From the NCBI GenBank assembly GCA_016748015.1, contig JAAOMT010000112.1, forward strand, positions 1,561 to 65,560: a stretch of DNA of 64,000 nt. Reading direction: 5' to 3'. Source of the DNA: Geosiphon pyriformis uo1. Taxonomy: Eukaryota; Fungi; Glomeromycota. The position numbers and the translations under genes were made by a program. Below the pieces are notes generated by a model. The model did no database searches, was not told where the DNA came from, and was given only the letters and a program-made list of their open reading frames with translations. Positions 12,005 to 26,292 of the stretch are shown piece by piece. The stretch's first letter is position 1. Every line of letters begins with the position of its first letter.

Positions 12005-14760
12005 CCAGTTTGATTTGGAAGGTTGCTATGTGTAATGTTCGAGGCATGAACGTTCCTGCGAAACAGGAAGATATAGTTCGTTGGCACAAGAACATGGGCA
12101 ATTTGGTTTCTATTTTTACTGAAATGAAGTTGAAGAATAAGGTTTGTCCCTAGATCATCAACAAGTTTGATAGTGTTTGGGTGTTTGCCTCTGGTTTGGA
12201 TTCTGGATATCTGGGTGCTGGTGTGGTGGTTGTCATGGACTCTTTTTTGGCAAGGCATGTATACAAAGTTTCTGAAGTGTCTGGCCAGCTCCTGTCTGTT
12301 AGATTACTTTTCAAAAATAAGCTCTCAGTGTCAATTCTGGGGCTCTACGCTGGTGCGTTTTTGGTGGTGTGGTTTTCTCAGGCTGATGAGATTAACTCTC
12401 TTATTGCAAGAGCTGTCAATAAATCTTTTTTCGTCATTCTCGGGGGTGATTTTAATGAAAACGGTTCCCATAAAAGTGCAAGTTTTAAGAGATGCTTTGA
12501 TTTGGGTCTGGTCAATTCTTTAGTCAGTAGCCTGGCTGCGAAAATGCCCACTTGGGAAAATTCTAGGGGTGTTAAGAAAATAATTGATTATGTGTTTGTC
12601 TCCTCGAATCTTGTCAATGCAATAGTGTGTCATGAAGTTTTGAATGTCAGTGGGCATTTTAACACAGACTATCAAGCTGTTTCAGTAGATTTGGGTTTGG
12701 ACAGGCTCTTGGATACGCGTTTGAATTCTCTTCACAAGCAAGCAAATAGAGATCATTGGAAGTTTGATGTCAAAAGTGCCAATGAAGCTAAGTGGTTGGA
12801 GTTCAAGGATGCTTTAGCTGCTAATGTCTCTATGTTTTCAGATGTTTTTGGTATGGCAGTGAGGTTTTCAGATATGGACGCTATATGAGACATTGTTCGC
12901 AAGATCATGGTTCTTTTAGCGAGTGGTACATTTAAGAAAAAATGGTTCAAAGGTTTTAATGGCGTGTTTACCAAGACTTCTTCTAGGTTTCACAAGCTGG
13001 AGCTGCTGGTTTCTAAGTTGGTCAAGGCTTCGCATTTGGCTTTTAGGGATGGCTTTGCTTTTTTGTTGGAGGTGTGGCACAAACTCAACTCTCCTGGTAC
13101 ATCAGTGGTCAAGTCTCTGTTTCTTTTAGGTTCTAATTTTGATCTTATTCATTCTGCACTGGCCAAAGCAAGGAAATTGTACCACTTTTTCAAATTATTA
13201 GAATCCAAGCGCGCTGAAAAATCCTCAATCAAGCAGGCTATTGGTAAGAGAATGGAGAGTTTTGAGCTGAACAAGAGTCACACTATTAGAAGTGTTTTGA
13301 AGTGTCTTTTTTGCAAGGTGGTCCTAAATTATCTGGTTGTAGAAGATAAGTTGATTTTGGAGCCTGATTTGGTTAAGTCTAAGGTGGACAAGATTATAGA
13401 GGGATGGACCAGAAAACGTGAGGTGGTGTCTGACTTATCTGAGAATTGGGCTCGTCAATTTCAGCCTCTGGATTACATGTTTGATAGTGCTTTCTCTGAT
13501 GTTATGTGCTCAATTAGTTTTAATGAATTGTCAGCTGTTGTTAAAGATTTTTCTGATGAAAAAGCAGCTGGGCTTTCTGGTATCTCCAACGAATTGTGGA
13601 AACATTGTGACAAATCTGTTTTGGATATGCTTTTGGTGCTCTTAAATTTCTGTCTGGTTGGTGAGTCAGTTCCTGGGCCTTGGAGGGAAACTTGGATTTC
13701 GATGATTTCTAAACCATATAAATAGGAGGGAGTTCTTACAAACACCCATCCTATAGCTTTAATTGAAACAGCCTGCAAGATTCTTTCCAAGATCCTTTCA
13801 GATAGGATCTCTTTGGCTTGCAGCACTTTTGATGTTCTTTGTGAGGACAATTTTTCGGTTTTGAAAGGTATGACAATGCAATCTCCCATTTTTGCTGTTG
13901 GTTCTGTAGTTGAGGATGCCTTGGAGAAGAACCGTGAACTTTGGCTGGTTTTACAAGACATGCACAAGGCTTATGACTTGGTTGGTTGAAAACATCTTAA
14001 GAGGAGTCTGGTTAGGATCAAAATGTGTGACAGATTTATTAGATTTTTTGGCAGTATTCACAATAATCACGTCAACAGAGTGATGACTGACTTTGGTTTG
14101 ACTGATGGGTATTGTATCCATGATGGGCTGGATCAGGGAGAAGTTTTCTCGCCTCTTTTCTGACATATTTTTTATGATTCACTTTTGTGCGAAGTCAAGA
14201 GACAGGAGAGTATGTGTGGCTACAGGTTGAATTCTCATTTTGTTTCTAAAACAGGCCGAGTAGATCTTCGAGCTAGACTGATTTTGTTTCTCGCTGCTGG
14301 TGCTTTCATCAATGATACTATTTGGGTTGGTAGCAGCCAGGCTGCTACACAACACATTTTTGATGTTACTAGTGAATTTTTCAGGTTCAATGACATTTCT
14401 GTGAATAACGACAAGATGGTGACCATCCCTATCAACTGTTGGGTGACGGACCCTTGTTTAACAATCAGTGGCGTGCTTATTTCCATCGCCAAGAAAGGGG
14501 AATCTCATCGCTATTTGGGTATTTTTTTGTCTTCTAAGAGTCTTTCAAAGCCTAGCTTGGCTAAAGCTTAGACTGATATATGGTTTTTTGTGAATCTTGT
14601 TTTGAGGAAGGTGATTTTGGACAAACAGTGTGCATATTTGGTGTCTGCGGTTCTTTTCCCTATCATTAGCTACAGGACTCAATTCAGTTTCATTTCTATT
14701 GGTGTTTGTAGTAAATGGGATGCTTTAGTACACAAGATCTTTAGGTCTAAGTCTGAGTTG
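12001..14760 (+). pseudogene. LINE ORF2 (APE endonuclease + reverse transcriptase), truncated
   Basis: APE motifs NVRG/TE/GDFN/ID and RT motifs KAAG.SG, PIAL, DM.KAYD, QG..FSP. Confidence 0.9.
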
Positions 14761-14915
14761 TCAGTCATAAGTCCAAGTAGTTCTAAAGTTTTAACTACCA
14801 AAATTGGTGGTTTAGAATCCAAGATGATGGCTTTGGAGGTTTCGGTTGAATCTGTTTTGGAAAAATTGGATCATTTGTGCTCAGGTTTGGGTTTGTTGGC
14901 TGCCTCTATTTCTCA

Positions 14916-17900
14916 ATGAATGTTTTGGTTTAGAAGATTGCCATGTGCAATATAAGAGGCATAAACAATCCTGCGAAACAGAATGATATAATTTGTTGGC
15001 ATAAGGAGACAAACAATTTGATTTCTATTGTTATTAAGACCAAGTTAAAGAATAAAATTTGCCCATGGATTATGAATAAGTTTGATGGTGTCTGAGTGTT
15101 TACCTCTGATTTGGATTCTGGTCATGTGGGCTCTGGCATTGCAATTGTCATGGACATTTCTTTGGCAAGACATGTGTGCAAAGTTTTTGAAGTGCCTGAT
15201 CAGCTTCTGTCTATTAAGTTGCTTTTTAAAAATAAACTTTTTGTGTCTATTTTGGGGTTATATACTGGTGCTTCTTCAACAATTTGGTTTTCTCAGGCTG
15301 GTAAAGTCAACTCTCTCATTGCTAAGACTGTTAATAAATCTTCTTTTATTGTTTTGGGTGGTGATTTCAATGAGGACAGTTTGCATAAGAGTGCGAGTTT
15401 TAAAAAATGTCTAGACTTGGAGCTGGTCAACTTTTTGTCAAGTAGCCCAGAAGTGAAAAGTCTTACATAAGAAAATTTGAGAAGTGTGAAAAAAACAATT
15501 GATTTCATGTTAGTTTCATCTAATTTGGTTAATGCAGTAGTGGATCACAATGTTGTAGATGTGAGTGAACATTTTAAAACTGATCATTGGGCAGTTTCTG
15601 TTTTTGTGGGCCTGAGCAGTCTGCTGGATACTCAGTTAAACTCTTTTCATAGGCAGACTAATAGAGATCATTGGAAGTTTGATTTTAGGGGTGCTGATAA
15701 TATTAAATGGAAAAGTTTTGAAGATGCCACTTCAGCCAATACTGATATGTTTGCTGATGAGTTTGAAGCTGTTGTACAACTTTTGGATTTGGATATTATG
15801 TAGAATGTTTTGCACAAAATAATGACTCTTTCAGCTAATGAGATATTTAGGAAGAAATGGTTCAAGGATTTTGATGGAGTTTTCACCAGAGATTCTTTGA
15901 GGTTTCATAAGCTGAAGTTGCTGGTGTCTAAGCTGGTTAAGACTTCTCACTTGGTTTCTAGTGTAGAATTTGCTTCATTGTTAAATATGTGGTGTAAGAT
16001 TGATGCTGATGGTACAGCAGTGATAAAGTCTTTATTTCTTTCAGGTTCCAATTTCAACACAATTTGCTCGGCTCTGGCTAAGATAAGGAAATTTTACCAC
16101 TCTTCTAAGTTGCTGGAATCCAGGCATGCTAAGGAAGTGTGTATCAAGGCAGCTATTAATAAGAGAATGGAAAGCTTTGAATTTAACAAAGATCATACCA
16201 TTAAGAGTGTTTTGGAGCACCTCTTTTGCAAGATGGTACTGGATCATCTGGTAGTAAGTAATGAATTAGTATTGGAGCCAAGCCTAGTTAAATCTAGGGT
16301 GAATAGGATCATGGAAGGTTGGACCAGAAAGCACAGAGTAATGCCTGACATCTCAGATGAATGGTTCTACCAATACTGGCCTCTGGAGTATGTTTTTAAT
16401 GATGTTTTTTCTGGCGTGATGTGCTCTGTTGATATTGATGAGTTGCTTGGTGTGGTTTCTAATCTTCCTGAGGGTAAAGCTGCTGGTCTCTCTGGGATTT
16501 CAAATGAATTCTGGAAACATTGTGATAAATCAGTTTTGGATATGCTTTTGGTGTTTTTGAATTCTTGTTTGATTTGCAAATCAGTATCCAGTGCTTGGAA
16601 GGAAGCTTGGGTCTCGATGATTCCTAAGCTGTATGAAAGGGATGGAATTCTTATGAACACCCGACTTATTGCCTTGATTGAAACTGCCCACAAGATTTTT
16701 TCCAAAATTCTCTCGAATAGGATCTCGTCAGCATGTAGTACTTTTGACATTTTGCATGGGGACAATTTTTCAGTCCTGAGGGATATGACAATGCAGTTAC
16801 CCATTTTTGCCATTGGTTCAGTGGTTGAAGATGTTTTGGAGAAGGGTTGTGAACTCTGGTTGGTCTTGCAGAACATGCAGAAGACTTATAATTCTGTTGA
16901 GTGGGAGCATCTTCAAAACAGTTTGGTTAGAATAAAAATGTGTAACAGATTTATTAGGTTTTTTGGTGGTATTCATAATGATCACGTTAATAGGGTTATG
17001 ACAGATTTTGGTTTGATGGATGGATACAGAGTGCACGATGACTTGGACCAGAAGGAGGTGTTCTCGCCACTCCTTTGGCACATATTTTATGATCCTCTTC
17101 TGTGTGAAGTCAAGAGACAAACAGATGAGTGTGGATATAGGTTGAATTCTTACTTTATTTTTGGATGTGGTCATGCTGAATCTCAGGCTGGTCTCTCCTT
17201 TTTTTTTACCGCAGATGCCTTTGTTGATGATACTATATGGATTGGCAGCAGTCAAAGTGCTATGCAGCACATTCTCAACATTGCTAGTGAATTTTTTAAT
17301 ATCAATAATATTTCAATTAATAATAATAAGACTGTAGCCATTCCCATTAATTGCAAGATTGTGGATCTTTCCCTGTTGATCAGTGGGTCACCTATTTTTA
17401 TTGCCAAGAAAGGGGAATTGCATCACTATTTAGGGATCTATCTGTTGACTAAGGGTTTTTTCAAACCTAGCCTGGCCAAAGCACATTCTGATGTCCAGTT
17501 TTTTGCTAATCTGGTTCTTAAGAAAGCAGTATCTGATAAGCAGTTTTCGTATTTGGTTTCAGCAGTTTTCTTTCCTATCATTGGTTATAGAACACAATTC
17601 AGTTATGTTCCTGTCAATGCTTGTAAGAAATGGGACACTTTGATTTATAAGGGCTTGAAATCTAAGTCTGTTTGCTGCATGACTTCTCTAGTGATGCAAT
17701 TCATCATTCTTCTCTGTACAGTTTGAAAACTTTTAAACAGATTCAGGTTGAGAATAAGTTGGCTTCTATTTTGGGTCATCTATTCTCTCACTGGTCACAT
17801 GATCTTCAGGTTCTCTGCTGGCATCCACTTCATCCTTTGCAGTATCCAGTTCATGTTAAGGTCAACCCTCTGAATAATTTTTTGGCTGGTATGATGTGCA

Positions 17901-20554
17901 TTTTCTTTAGAAATGATTTGTCCTTGGGTGGGTCCCTAATCAATGCTTTTCGTCATCAGGATGAAACTCTTATGTCTTGTGTTCTTGGTAAATCAACCTA
18001 TTTTAAGTGTGTCTTTTCACTTTGGCGTTATAAGATTGTCTTTGTAGACCAGCTGCTTGACCAAAGTGGGGCTATTTTTGATTGGAAAACCTTCAAGTGG
18101 TGGAAGTAGTTAGACCTGCATGGTCCAGTTCTTGCCTGGTTTGAGCTTTCTGTTTGGTTTTTTAGTGGTGTGTCCTCTCTTTCTGTCTATTCCTTGTCTT
18201 TGAATGATGGTGGCTCTTCAAATATTTTTTTTTCTTGTGGATTTAGTGCTATTAGTGCAAATTTGTTGTGTTCTAATATTGGTCACCTTTCTGTCTATAC
18301 GGATGAATCTTTGAGTGGCTTGGAGTCTGTTGATATGAAAGCTGGGGCTGCTGTTTTTTTTAAGAACATTGGTATGAGTTTGGGTGTGGGAGTTTCTAGT
18401 TTGATGTTTTCTATCTTGATAGAGTTGCAGGCCATTGCTCTAGCTCTCAAGTGTGTTCCTTTTTCTCACTCAATCAACTTGTTCTCAAACAGTCAAGTGG
18501 CTTTAGATGCTTGCAAGTTGGAATTGGATTTGGTTCACCCAGATTTTAGAAATCAGTATTGGATTGAACATCGCCATATTGTAAATGTTGTTTGTCATAA
18601 GAATTTGAACATTAATTAGTATAAAGTCAAAGGTCATTTAGGTGTTTCAGGCAATGAGTGTGCAAATGAGTTGGCTAGAACTGCGGCTCTTTCTAGCTGG
18701 AATCTGCCCCATTCTATCAATGAACACTATTTCAGGGTTGGTGGTGCTGCCATTTCTGGTAATTCTAAACATTTTGTTTGGGATGTTTTTCAGTCAGTCT
18801 ATTGTGCACATTGGTAAATTGGTTCTGGTTCATGGGTGGTGGTGGATAGTCTGTGTGTGAATATTGATTGGTTCAGATTATTGTTGATATGGCATCTGGA
18901 CTTTCACATGGCTGCTGGCTTCACTAGCAAGCGAACTGCTGGTTTTCGGATGTATTTTATGAAGGCATTACATCTTCAGCTCCCTGTTGCCATGTGAAAA
19001 CAGCTTTATGATAAGAGTTATCCTAGTGTGGTGTGTTTGTTTTGTGATGATGTCAATGTTACCAGATGAAATTAGAGATATTGCTTAACATGAAATTACC
19101 CTTATAATTTTTATTATTAATTAGCATTTCAAATTATTACTTATTATATTAGCAAAATATCCGAAATTATCATTTAAATTAATAACCCAATTTGTACATA
19201 ACACAAATGTAACCTAATTGTAATGATCAATCATGCAATACCCCAAACTATATAACATTCAAAAAAGTTTGCCGAAATTTGTAGAAATTTGCTAAAATAA
19301 TTGATAGTTCACCGAAATATCTAATAGTTTGCAGAAATAACTTGTAGTTCACCAAAATGTATCTTTAGTTTAGCAAAATTGTAGAAAATAGCAAAGTTCA
19401 AGTTCATAGAATAGTGTTACAACAAGTTGTATAAAAGAAGAGCTTTTCTTTTCGAGAAAATATATCTTACTTTAGATTTATTACTTAGAACCATTCCTAC
19501 ACACACAAAAAAAAATAAATATCAAATAATTTAAAAAACCAAATTCTTTAATTATTGCACTTAGAAAATCCCCAAAACCCAACTAACATTTTGAAATTGA
19601 TTAGCTACCAATTTCAGTAAACTGTTAGTGACTCCAGGCCTGGATAGAAAATGTTTCCCTTAACAGAATTCAATTTCTTTTACATTTCTTTTATTTTTCT
19701 TTTTATTTTTTTATTATAATTATTAGGGTAGCCTACAAACAAAATTTCTATAGAAGAGTTGACTTTTATAGCAAAGTAACTACACATTTTAGTAAGCTTC
19801 CAGATGAGCAATTTCTGGGAAAAAGTTGACATTTACTACAATGTAACTACATAAAATAACTGGCAAGGAATTGGCCATTCCACTATAAGTCCAACAATTC
19901 GAATTATAGGAGATAATTTAAAGATAAATTCAGTTATTGGAGATTCAACTACTTCTAGAAAACGTGAATTTACAACCAACAGACATTTACAACATTCAAG
20001 AAAAGAGACCAAAAAAAACCTCCGGTAACATCAAAGTCTTAGACCATGTTTTTTCTTGTCTGTTTAATACCAATATTTGTGGTCATTTGTTGAACTCTCA
20101 TGCTTCAGCTTGGGGAGTGCAATCTGGTCTAGGTTGTTCTTTTTCAGTTGTCTTGTAGCTGTTGTTTACTTGTTTGTCTGACATTTTGGTTAGCACTGCT
20201 CTGTGCAAGGGTTTTGTTTTCAAGGATTGGTTTTGTGAGTCTGTTTCTGTTTTCAAGAATTCCAGAATAGCAAGTCAGACCATTGTGGTCTTTGTGCATG
20301 AGTTTAGTCATGCTTTTTGGGAAGACATTTGGTTGGTTCATGCCAAGCACTGTGTCTTTATAGAAAAAAATGGGCTTATTCCACGTGATAGATCTGTTCT
20401 TATCTCAATTTCTGGGCTTTCTTCAGTACTGTTGACAAGCGTGATTGGATTGCTGGGTGTTGCTGAGGCAATTGGTGTTGGTTTCAGTTTTCGTAAGTCT
20501 TGTTTGTTTTTTTCAGGCATAAGTAATGAAGTTTCTGTTTATATAAGTGTATAG
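14916..20554 (+). pseudogene. LINE ORF2: APE-RT-RNase H-Zn finger
   Basis: AFVDD RT motif in ORF 15810-17726; RNase H VYTD(E)S / ELQAI / KVKGH.G..GNE; CLFC..DHVFSC finger split by the LTR. Confidence 0.9.
19057..20030. mobile_element. Solo LTR, family 2 (974 bp), 4-bp TSD TCAA
   Basis: Ends TGTTACCAG...CCGGTAACA; TCAA at 19053-19056 and 20031-20034; the LINE frame is restored on removal. Confidence 0.92.
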
Positions 20555-21602
20555 TATTGTCCTGATTAGTTCGAGTGGCTGGTCACGTGTAAAAAGAGCA
20601 TAATTTACACCTAGTTTAGATCATTTTGTATGATGTATTGCACTAGGCAGTGTTTGGACTTTACTCATTAAATCAAAAAAAATATATATATATATAAATT
20701 AAAATTATTATTAAACAAAAATTTTATATATTAAAAACTACTTAAAAAAACAAAAAAACATCTAATATATTAGTTTTTTTTTAAAATATTTAACAAAATA
20801 TTATAATTAGTTTTATTATTAATATTCTTATTATTTAGAAATTATAATATTAAAATAAATCAAATTAAAACTAAATTTTTAAGATTTAATTTTTTTATTA
20901 ATAAAATATAATTTAAGTAAAAAATTTTACTTTTATTAATTAACTACTTATTTATTATTATATTAAAAATCAATCATAAAAAAATACAATATCTTAATTA
21001 ATATTTTAAAAACAAAATTTTTTTACACATATAAAAAATATTCAAATTAATATTATTTAAATAATAAGTAATAATTTAACAAAATTCCGAAACTTTTTAT
21101 CAAAAAGTTTCTTAGTAACCATATTTTTAACTTAATTAAATTGAAAAATAAATTTGGAAATCTTTATTTTAAAATCTGCAAATCCAAAATTTGTGTTAAA
21201 AAAATTTAATATAAAAGCAATTTTGTTTTTAACTTGTAATTATTTAAAAGTTTTAAAATTATATAATAAAAATAGTATTAAATAAATTAGTTTTGGATTT
21301 TAGGTTTTTATTGTAATTAAATTTTATTTTTTATATATACTTTTAAAAACATAATATATTTAAATATAATTAATAATAAATTATAATATTACTAATATTA
21401 AATAGCAAAATTGTTTATCTAAAATAGTTTTTTTTTAAATTTTGTTAATAAAAAGTTTAATATTTAAAATTTTTTTTTTTATTAGGAGTTTTACGAGTGC
21501 AGCCCAATTACTACCTAAATATATAGATCTACATAATCTAAATTAAGTGTGGCTCATGCCTTTTCTACAAGTGACCAGCCATTTGGACTAATCAAAACAG
21601 CA

Positions 21603-24600
21603 CTATATACCAAGATTTCTTATTACAGAGACATCACACAAAAAACCAAAATCAGATCTGATTAGACATAAATATAGCCCAAAACACACATAGATACCTA
21701 GCCTGAAACCAAACTCCCAGATCGTCTCAGTAGATCATGATAAAGACAAACCAGATACTGAAGGAATAGAAGAGTCATCACATGGCAGGAGATTATGCTT
21801 TTCATAATAAAACCTTAACTTAGCCACAGACAACCAAATGGCAGACCTGTGTCTTTCAGCAAAATAACAAATGAAATTAACAACCAATACACCTTCACCA
21901 GATTCAGCACCCAAATGGCCCAATGTGTCAACCATCCAACTTTTCAGCACAAAACCCTTAGCCAGTGCAGTGAACAAGTCCATGAAAGAAGCAGCCTCAA
22001 TCAGCAAATTAGTGACTGCATTCCCATTGGCAGAAGTGTTTAGTAATATATTCTACTCTAAAGCAGCATTAGACAATAAAGTATCCTGAACATTGACATT
22101 ACAAATACAAGAAAAAATGTGATCAGAGTTCTCTACTAAACCATACTGAATACAGACAATGTTTGGATAATTCGGGTTATACATTTTTTTCTTTTTGGCA
22201 ACTGGCAAACAATAATAGAATGTCTTTATAAAGTAAGATTGAAGTGTCGCTAACACAGTATTAGTGTAGCTAGATCTGATTCTGCTATTAAGATGCCAAA
22301 CACAAAAAGTCTTGGTTTTATCAAAATAATTACTGAGACTCATACTAATAACGCTACCAACACATTTGGCCTTTCAACCAACAGATTGAACAGCATTGAA
22401 TAATATTTTAACAACATAACAAGTGTTTTTGAAGACATGTCTGCTCTCAACATTAAGAAAGCAATAAGGTACCACAAAAGACAGAAAGAATCCAGAGGCA
22501 ATAGTTGCATCAGCATAGAAATTGGCCCATTCATTTCCAACAACATCAGAATGGCCTTTGACTTTATTCTAAGTAACTGACAAACTTTTTTTGGAAATGA
22601 CATAGCAAATATGTTTCTTCTTAATCCAGTATTTGTTGTAAAAGTCAGGACCAGTCATACCACCAGCAAATTTGCACATGTTTAGTAAAGCTTGGCTGTC
22701 TATATACAAAACAACAGACTGAGAAGTGGGCATACACTTCAAAGCAAGTGCAATAGTCTGCAGTTTTACTAGAGTTAACGACAACAACCCATTCACTTTA
22801 ACTCTAATACTAATGTTCACATCTGGAAAATAGGTGGTAGTACCATCACAAGCACCCACCAAACCCAAATTTTTGACAGAACTATTTGTGTAGATGGTTA
22901 TAAAGTCAAATCTGGAATTCAGTAGATGCTTACCAATGTAACCAAAGTCACAAAGAAAGTCAGTGGGAACAAAACAAAAAGACAACAACACACTATTTGC
23001 CAAGCCACTTTCAACAATAAATTTGACCAAAGAAACAAACCAGACAAAAACTGGGCCTCTAAGGTCCAGCTTCTTCTATCTGCAAAAAGTATTCCATGTA
23101 AAACACTTGCCATAGCAGTTTAAAAGCTGGTTTACAAACACAATACTGTATTTTTTAAGAGACTTCACTATGCCCAAATAAGACTCAAAACTGAGCATAT
23201 CTAAAACTGCAATACTATTCCCAGTCTAAAAAACATCAGGCAGATCACTGTTCAATGATAAGTTACACAACTTGAGAGCACATGTTACACCAGCCAAAAA
23301 GCAGTTTGCAGGATCAACCAGTAACTCAATTGGAAATTTAAGAGGGTGTCAGAGCATTCAGCTTGTGGTCTACAACTCCATGGCTCTGTATTTGAATAAT
23401 TCACCAAGGATTTTGTCAACATTAGCAAATTTAACCAAGCCAGCCAGCAGATTCTCAGACAGTACTTGCTTAAAAGTTCTTAAGTCATACAGCTCTGGAT
23501 GATACAAAGCTTTATTTGGAAAGTTCTTGGGCAGATTGGTCTTGAGCTTCAAATCCTTCCTTAATATTTTGTCCCACTTTTCACATACACTCTTGAAAAC
23601 ACAACTGAATTGCAGTCTATAACCAATTATAGACTGTAATATAGCAGAAACCAAATATAAAAACTGCTTTTTAGTAACAGCTTTCCTTAAAACCACATTT
23701 GAAAAGAACTTGATATCTGAATAAGCTTTGGCCAAACTCGGCTTAGACAAGCCATTCATAGAAAAAAAGATCTATAAGTATCAGTAAAACTCACTCTTTT
23801 TTACAATGGAGATTTCTGAATCACTAATAGATAATAAAACATCTTTGGCCTCTTGATTAATAGGAATGGCAACCATTTTGTCTGTGTTAATAGCAATGTC
23901 ATTGATCAAAAAAAATTCACTCACAATGTCTAAAATGTGTTGTGTAGCCACTAGGCAGTTTTCAACCCAAATAGTATCATTCACAAAGGCACCAGTTGCA
24001 AAAAAAGAAGTTTTGCCAACCTTAAGGTTAGCCCTACCAGTCTTAGTAAAAAATTTTGAATTCAACCTATATCCACACAGATGTTCATGCTTTTTGACCT
24101 CACAAAACAGAGAATCATAGAAGATTCTTCACAGCAATGGTGAAAAAACTTCCTCTTAATCCAACCCATTATAAACAGTATATCCATCAGTAAGTTTAAA
24201 GTTTGTTATCATTCAGTTGGTCCGACCATTGTGTATGTTTCCAAAAAATTTTATAAAATGGAGGCACATCTTAATCCTAACTAAACTGTTCTACAAATAA
24301 AGCTATTTGATTGAGTTATAAGCTTTTCACATATTTTGAAGAACCAGTCATAGCTCCCTGCTTTTTTCAAGTACATTCTCAATAATAAAGCCAATGGTAA
24401 AAATTGGAGTTTAAGTAGACGTACTTTTTAAAACTAAGAAATTATCACTACAAAGGACATTAAATTTACTGTATGCCAGAGATATCCTGTCAGAAAGAAC
24501 TTTAGACAATATCTTCCTGGTCATCTCAACCAAAGCTATAGGCCTGGTATTGGTAAGTGTTCTCTTCCAGTCATACAGCTTTGGTATCATTGAAATCTAG

Positions 24601-26292
24601 GCTTGCCTCCATTGTAGGAGAACTGCACCTAACTTTAAACACATATTAAGAATATTCAACAAATTTCTCAGAATCTAAGCATCTCCATGTTTTCAAAGCT
24701 CATTAGAAATACCAAAAATGCCAGCAGCTTTCTCATTAGGCAGTTCTTTGACCACCAAGAGAAACTCATTTGATCTAATCACATCTATAACATCTGAGAA
24801 TGCACTATTACTGACATAGTTCAAGAAAGCATATTGATTAGACCAACAATCAGGCAGAGAGATAGGAGCAACTTATTTCCTTGTCCATCCTTCCATGATA
24901 TTATTAATGGCAAATTTAACTTCTTTGGATTTTAAAATTAACTCATCATCCATTATTAGATAATCCAACACTACTTTCTTAAAAAGCCATTCCAAAACAT
25001 TTTTGATCATATGTTCTTTATTGGAACTGAAGGTTTCTATGCACTTGTTTATTGCTTTCCTAATCAAAATGTCTCTGGCTACTCTAGACTCATAGTATTT
25101 GGACTTCTGGTATGATTTTTTGACTCCTGATAGGTGTTGAAGAATGTTCTCCCTGCTTTCACCATTATTAAACATTATGTATGCTTTGGAGGTTCTTTTA
25201 CTATCAAGAGTGAACCACACTTTAAAGAGACAAACAGCTTCTAATTCCTGATTTAAGCTCAAACACTTAACTAACTTGGCCACCAACAATTTCAGCTTAA
25301 AAAACTTTAAAGACAGCTTATTTTTCGGACAATTAAACTCACTAAACTAGTGTCTAGAAAACACACTATTAGCTAAGCCTATAACCACTTTCTTGAGAAT
25401 TCTCCATATAGCATTCAAATTTCTATCATCTTTTGTATTATTAAATATATTTATATTTTTCAAGAACTTGTCTAATGAACATTCCCTAAAGTGTAACCAC
25501 TTATCAGCATCTGCATTCTTGATCTTTGAATTTTCACTTATCTTTATTGGTCTGTTTACACTTACCATTGAGCTGGACATTCAAGAGACTGCCCAGTCTA
25601 ATTGAAACCAAAACAGCATTATGATTAATGTTAAAAAAATCAGAGACAGGAGTAATCTCATGATCAGCCAACATAGACAACAAATTTTTGCTCATGAAAA
25701 TGTAGTTGATAACTTTTACGACACCCTGGGAGTTGCTTCAAGTGGAAGCTCTGACCAGAAAGTGTCCACTAAAGGAGTTGACCAACTCCAAATCCGAATA
25801 GAACTTATAACTAGCACTTTTTCTAGATCCATTTTTATTGAAATCACTGCTGAGAACCACAAACATGAAGAAATTAGCAGCCTTGGCAATAAAGAAGTTG
25901 ATTTTGCAAGCTTGGCCAAATCTGGTTTTAGCAAAAGCACCTGCATATAGACCCAAAATCACTACTAACAATTTGCCCTTAAAAAGAAGCTGAACAAAAA
26001 TAAGACAATTAAGAATTTTTTTAATCTTAGAAACATAACATACAAGAAAATCATTCATAATAATTGCCATCTCAGCACCAAGAAATCTTTTGTCCAAACC
26101 AGAAGAGAATATTTTTACTTCATCAAACTTGTTTATAATCCAAGACCTAGCTTTGGACTTCAACTTTGTTTCTGTAACAATAGACACCATACATCCAGAA
26201 TCTATATGCCACTGAACAATGTCTTTTTGCTTGGCAAGAACATTGATACCACAAACATTGCATGTTACAATTTTCCAAACCAGATCTATCAT
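21603..26292 (-). pseudogene. LINE D ORF2: APE-RT-RNase H-Zn finger
   Basis: Fragments 25738-26292 (WKIVTCNVCG), 23781-24065 (GAFVNDTIW), 22569-23030 (RNase H), 22053-22343 (Zn finger). Confidence 0.88.

Larger units (their letters stand above)
10305..14760 (+). mobile_element. LINE B, 5'-truncated, 3' part missing (ORF1 + APE + RT)
   Basis: ORF1 fragments 10322-12004; ORF2 from ATG 12001 (WKVAMCNVRG, GGDFNE, IDYVFVS, QGEVFSP, AFINDT). Confidence 0.92.
14761..20682 (+). mobile_element. LINE C, 5'-truncated in late ORF1, full-length decayed ORF2, 3' UTR, polyA; interrupted by a solo LTR
   Basis: ORF1 tail 14761-14919; ORF2 ATG 14916 to stop 20554; polyA 20675-20682. Confidence 0.92.
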
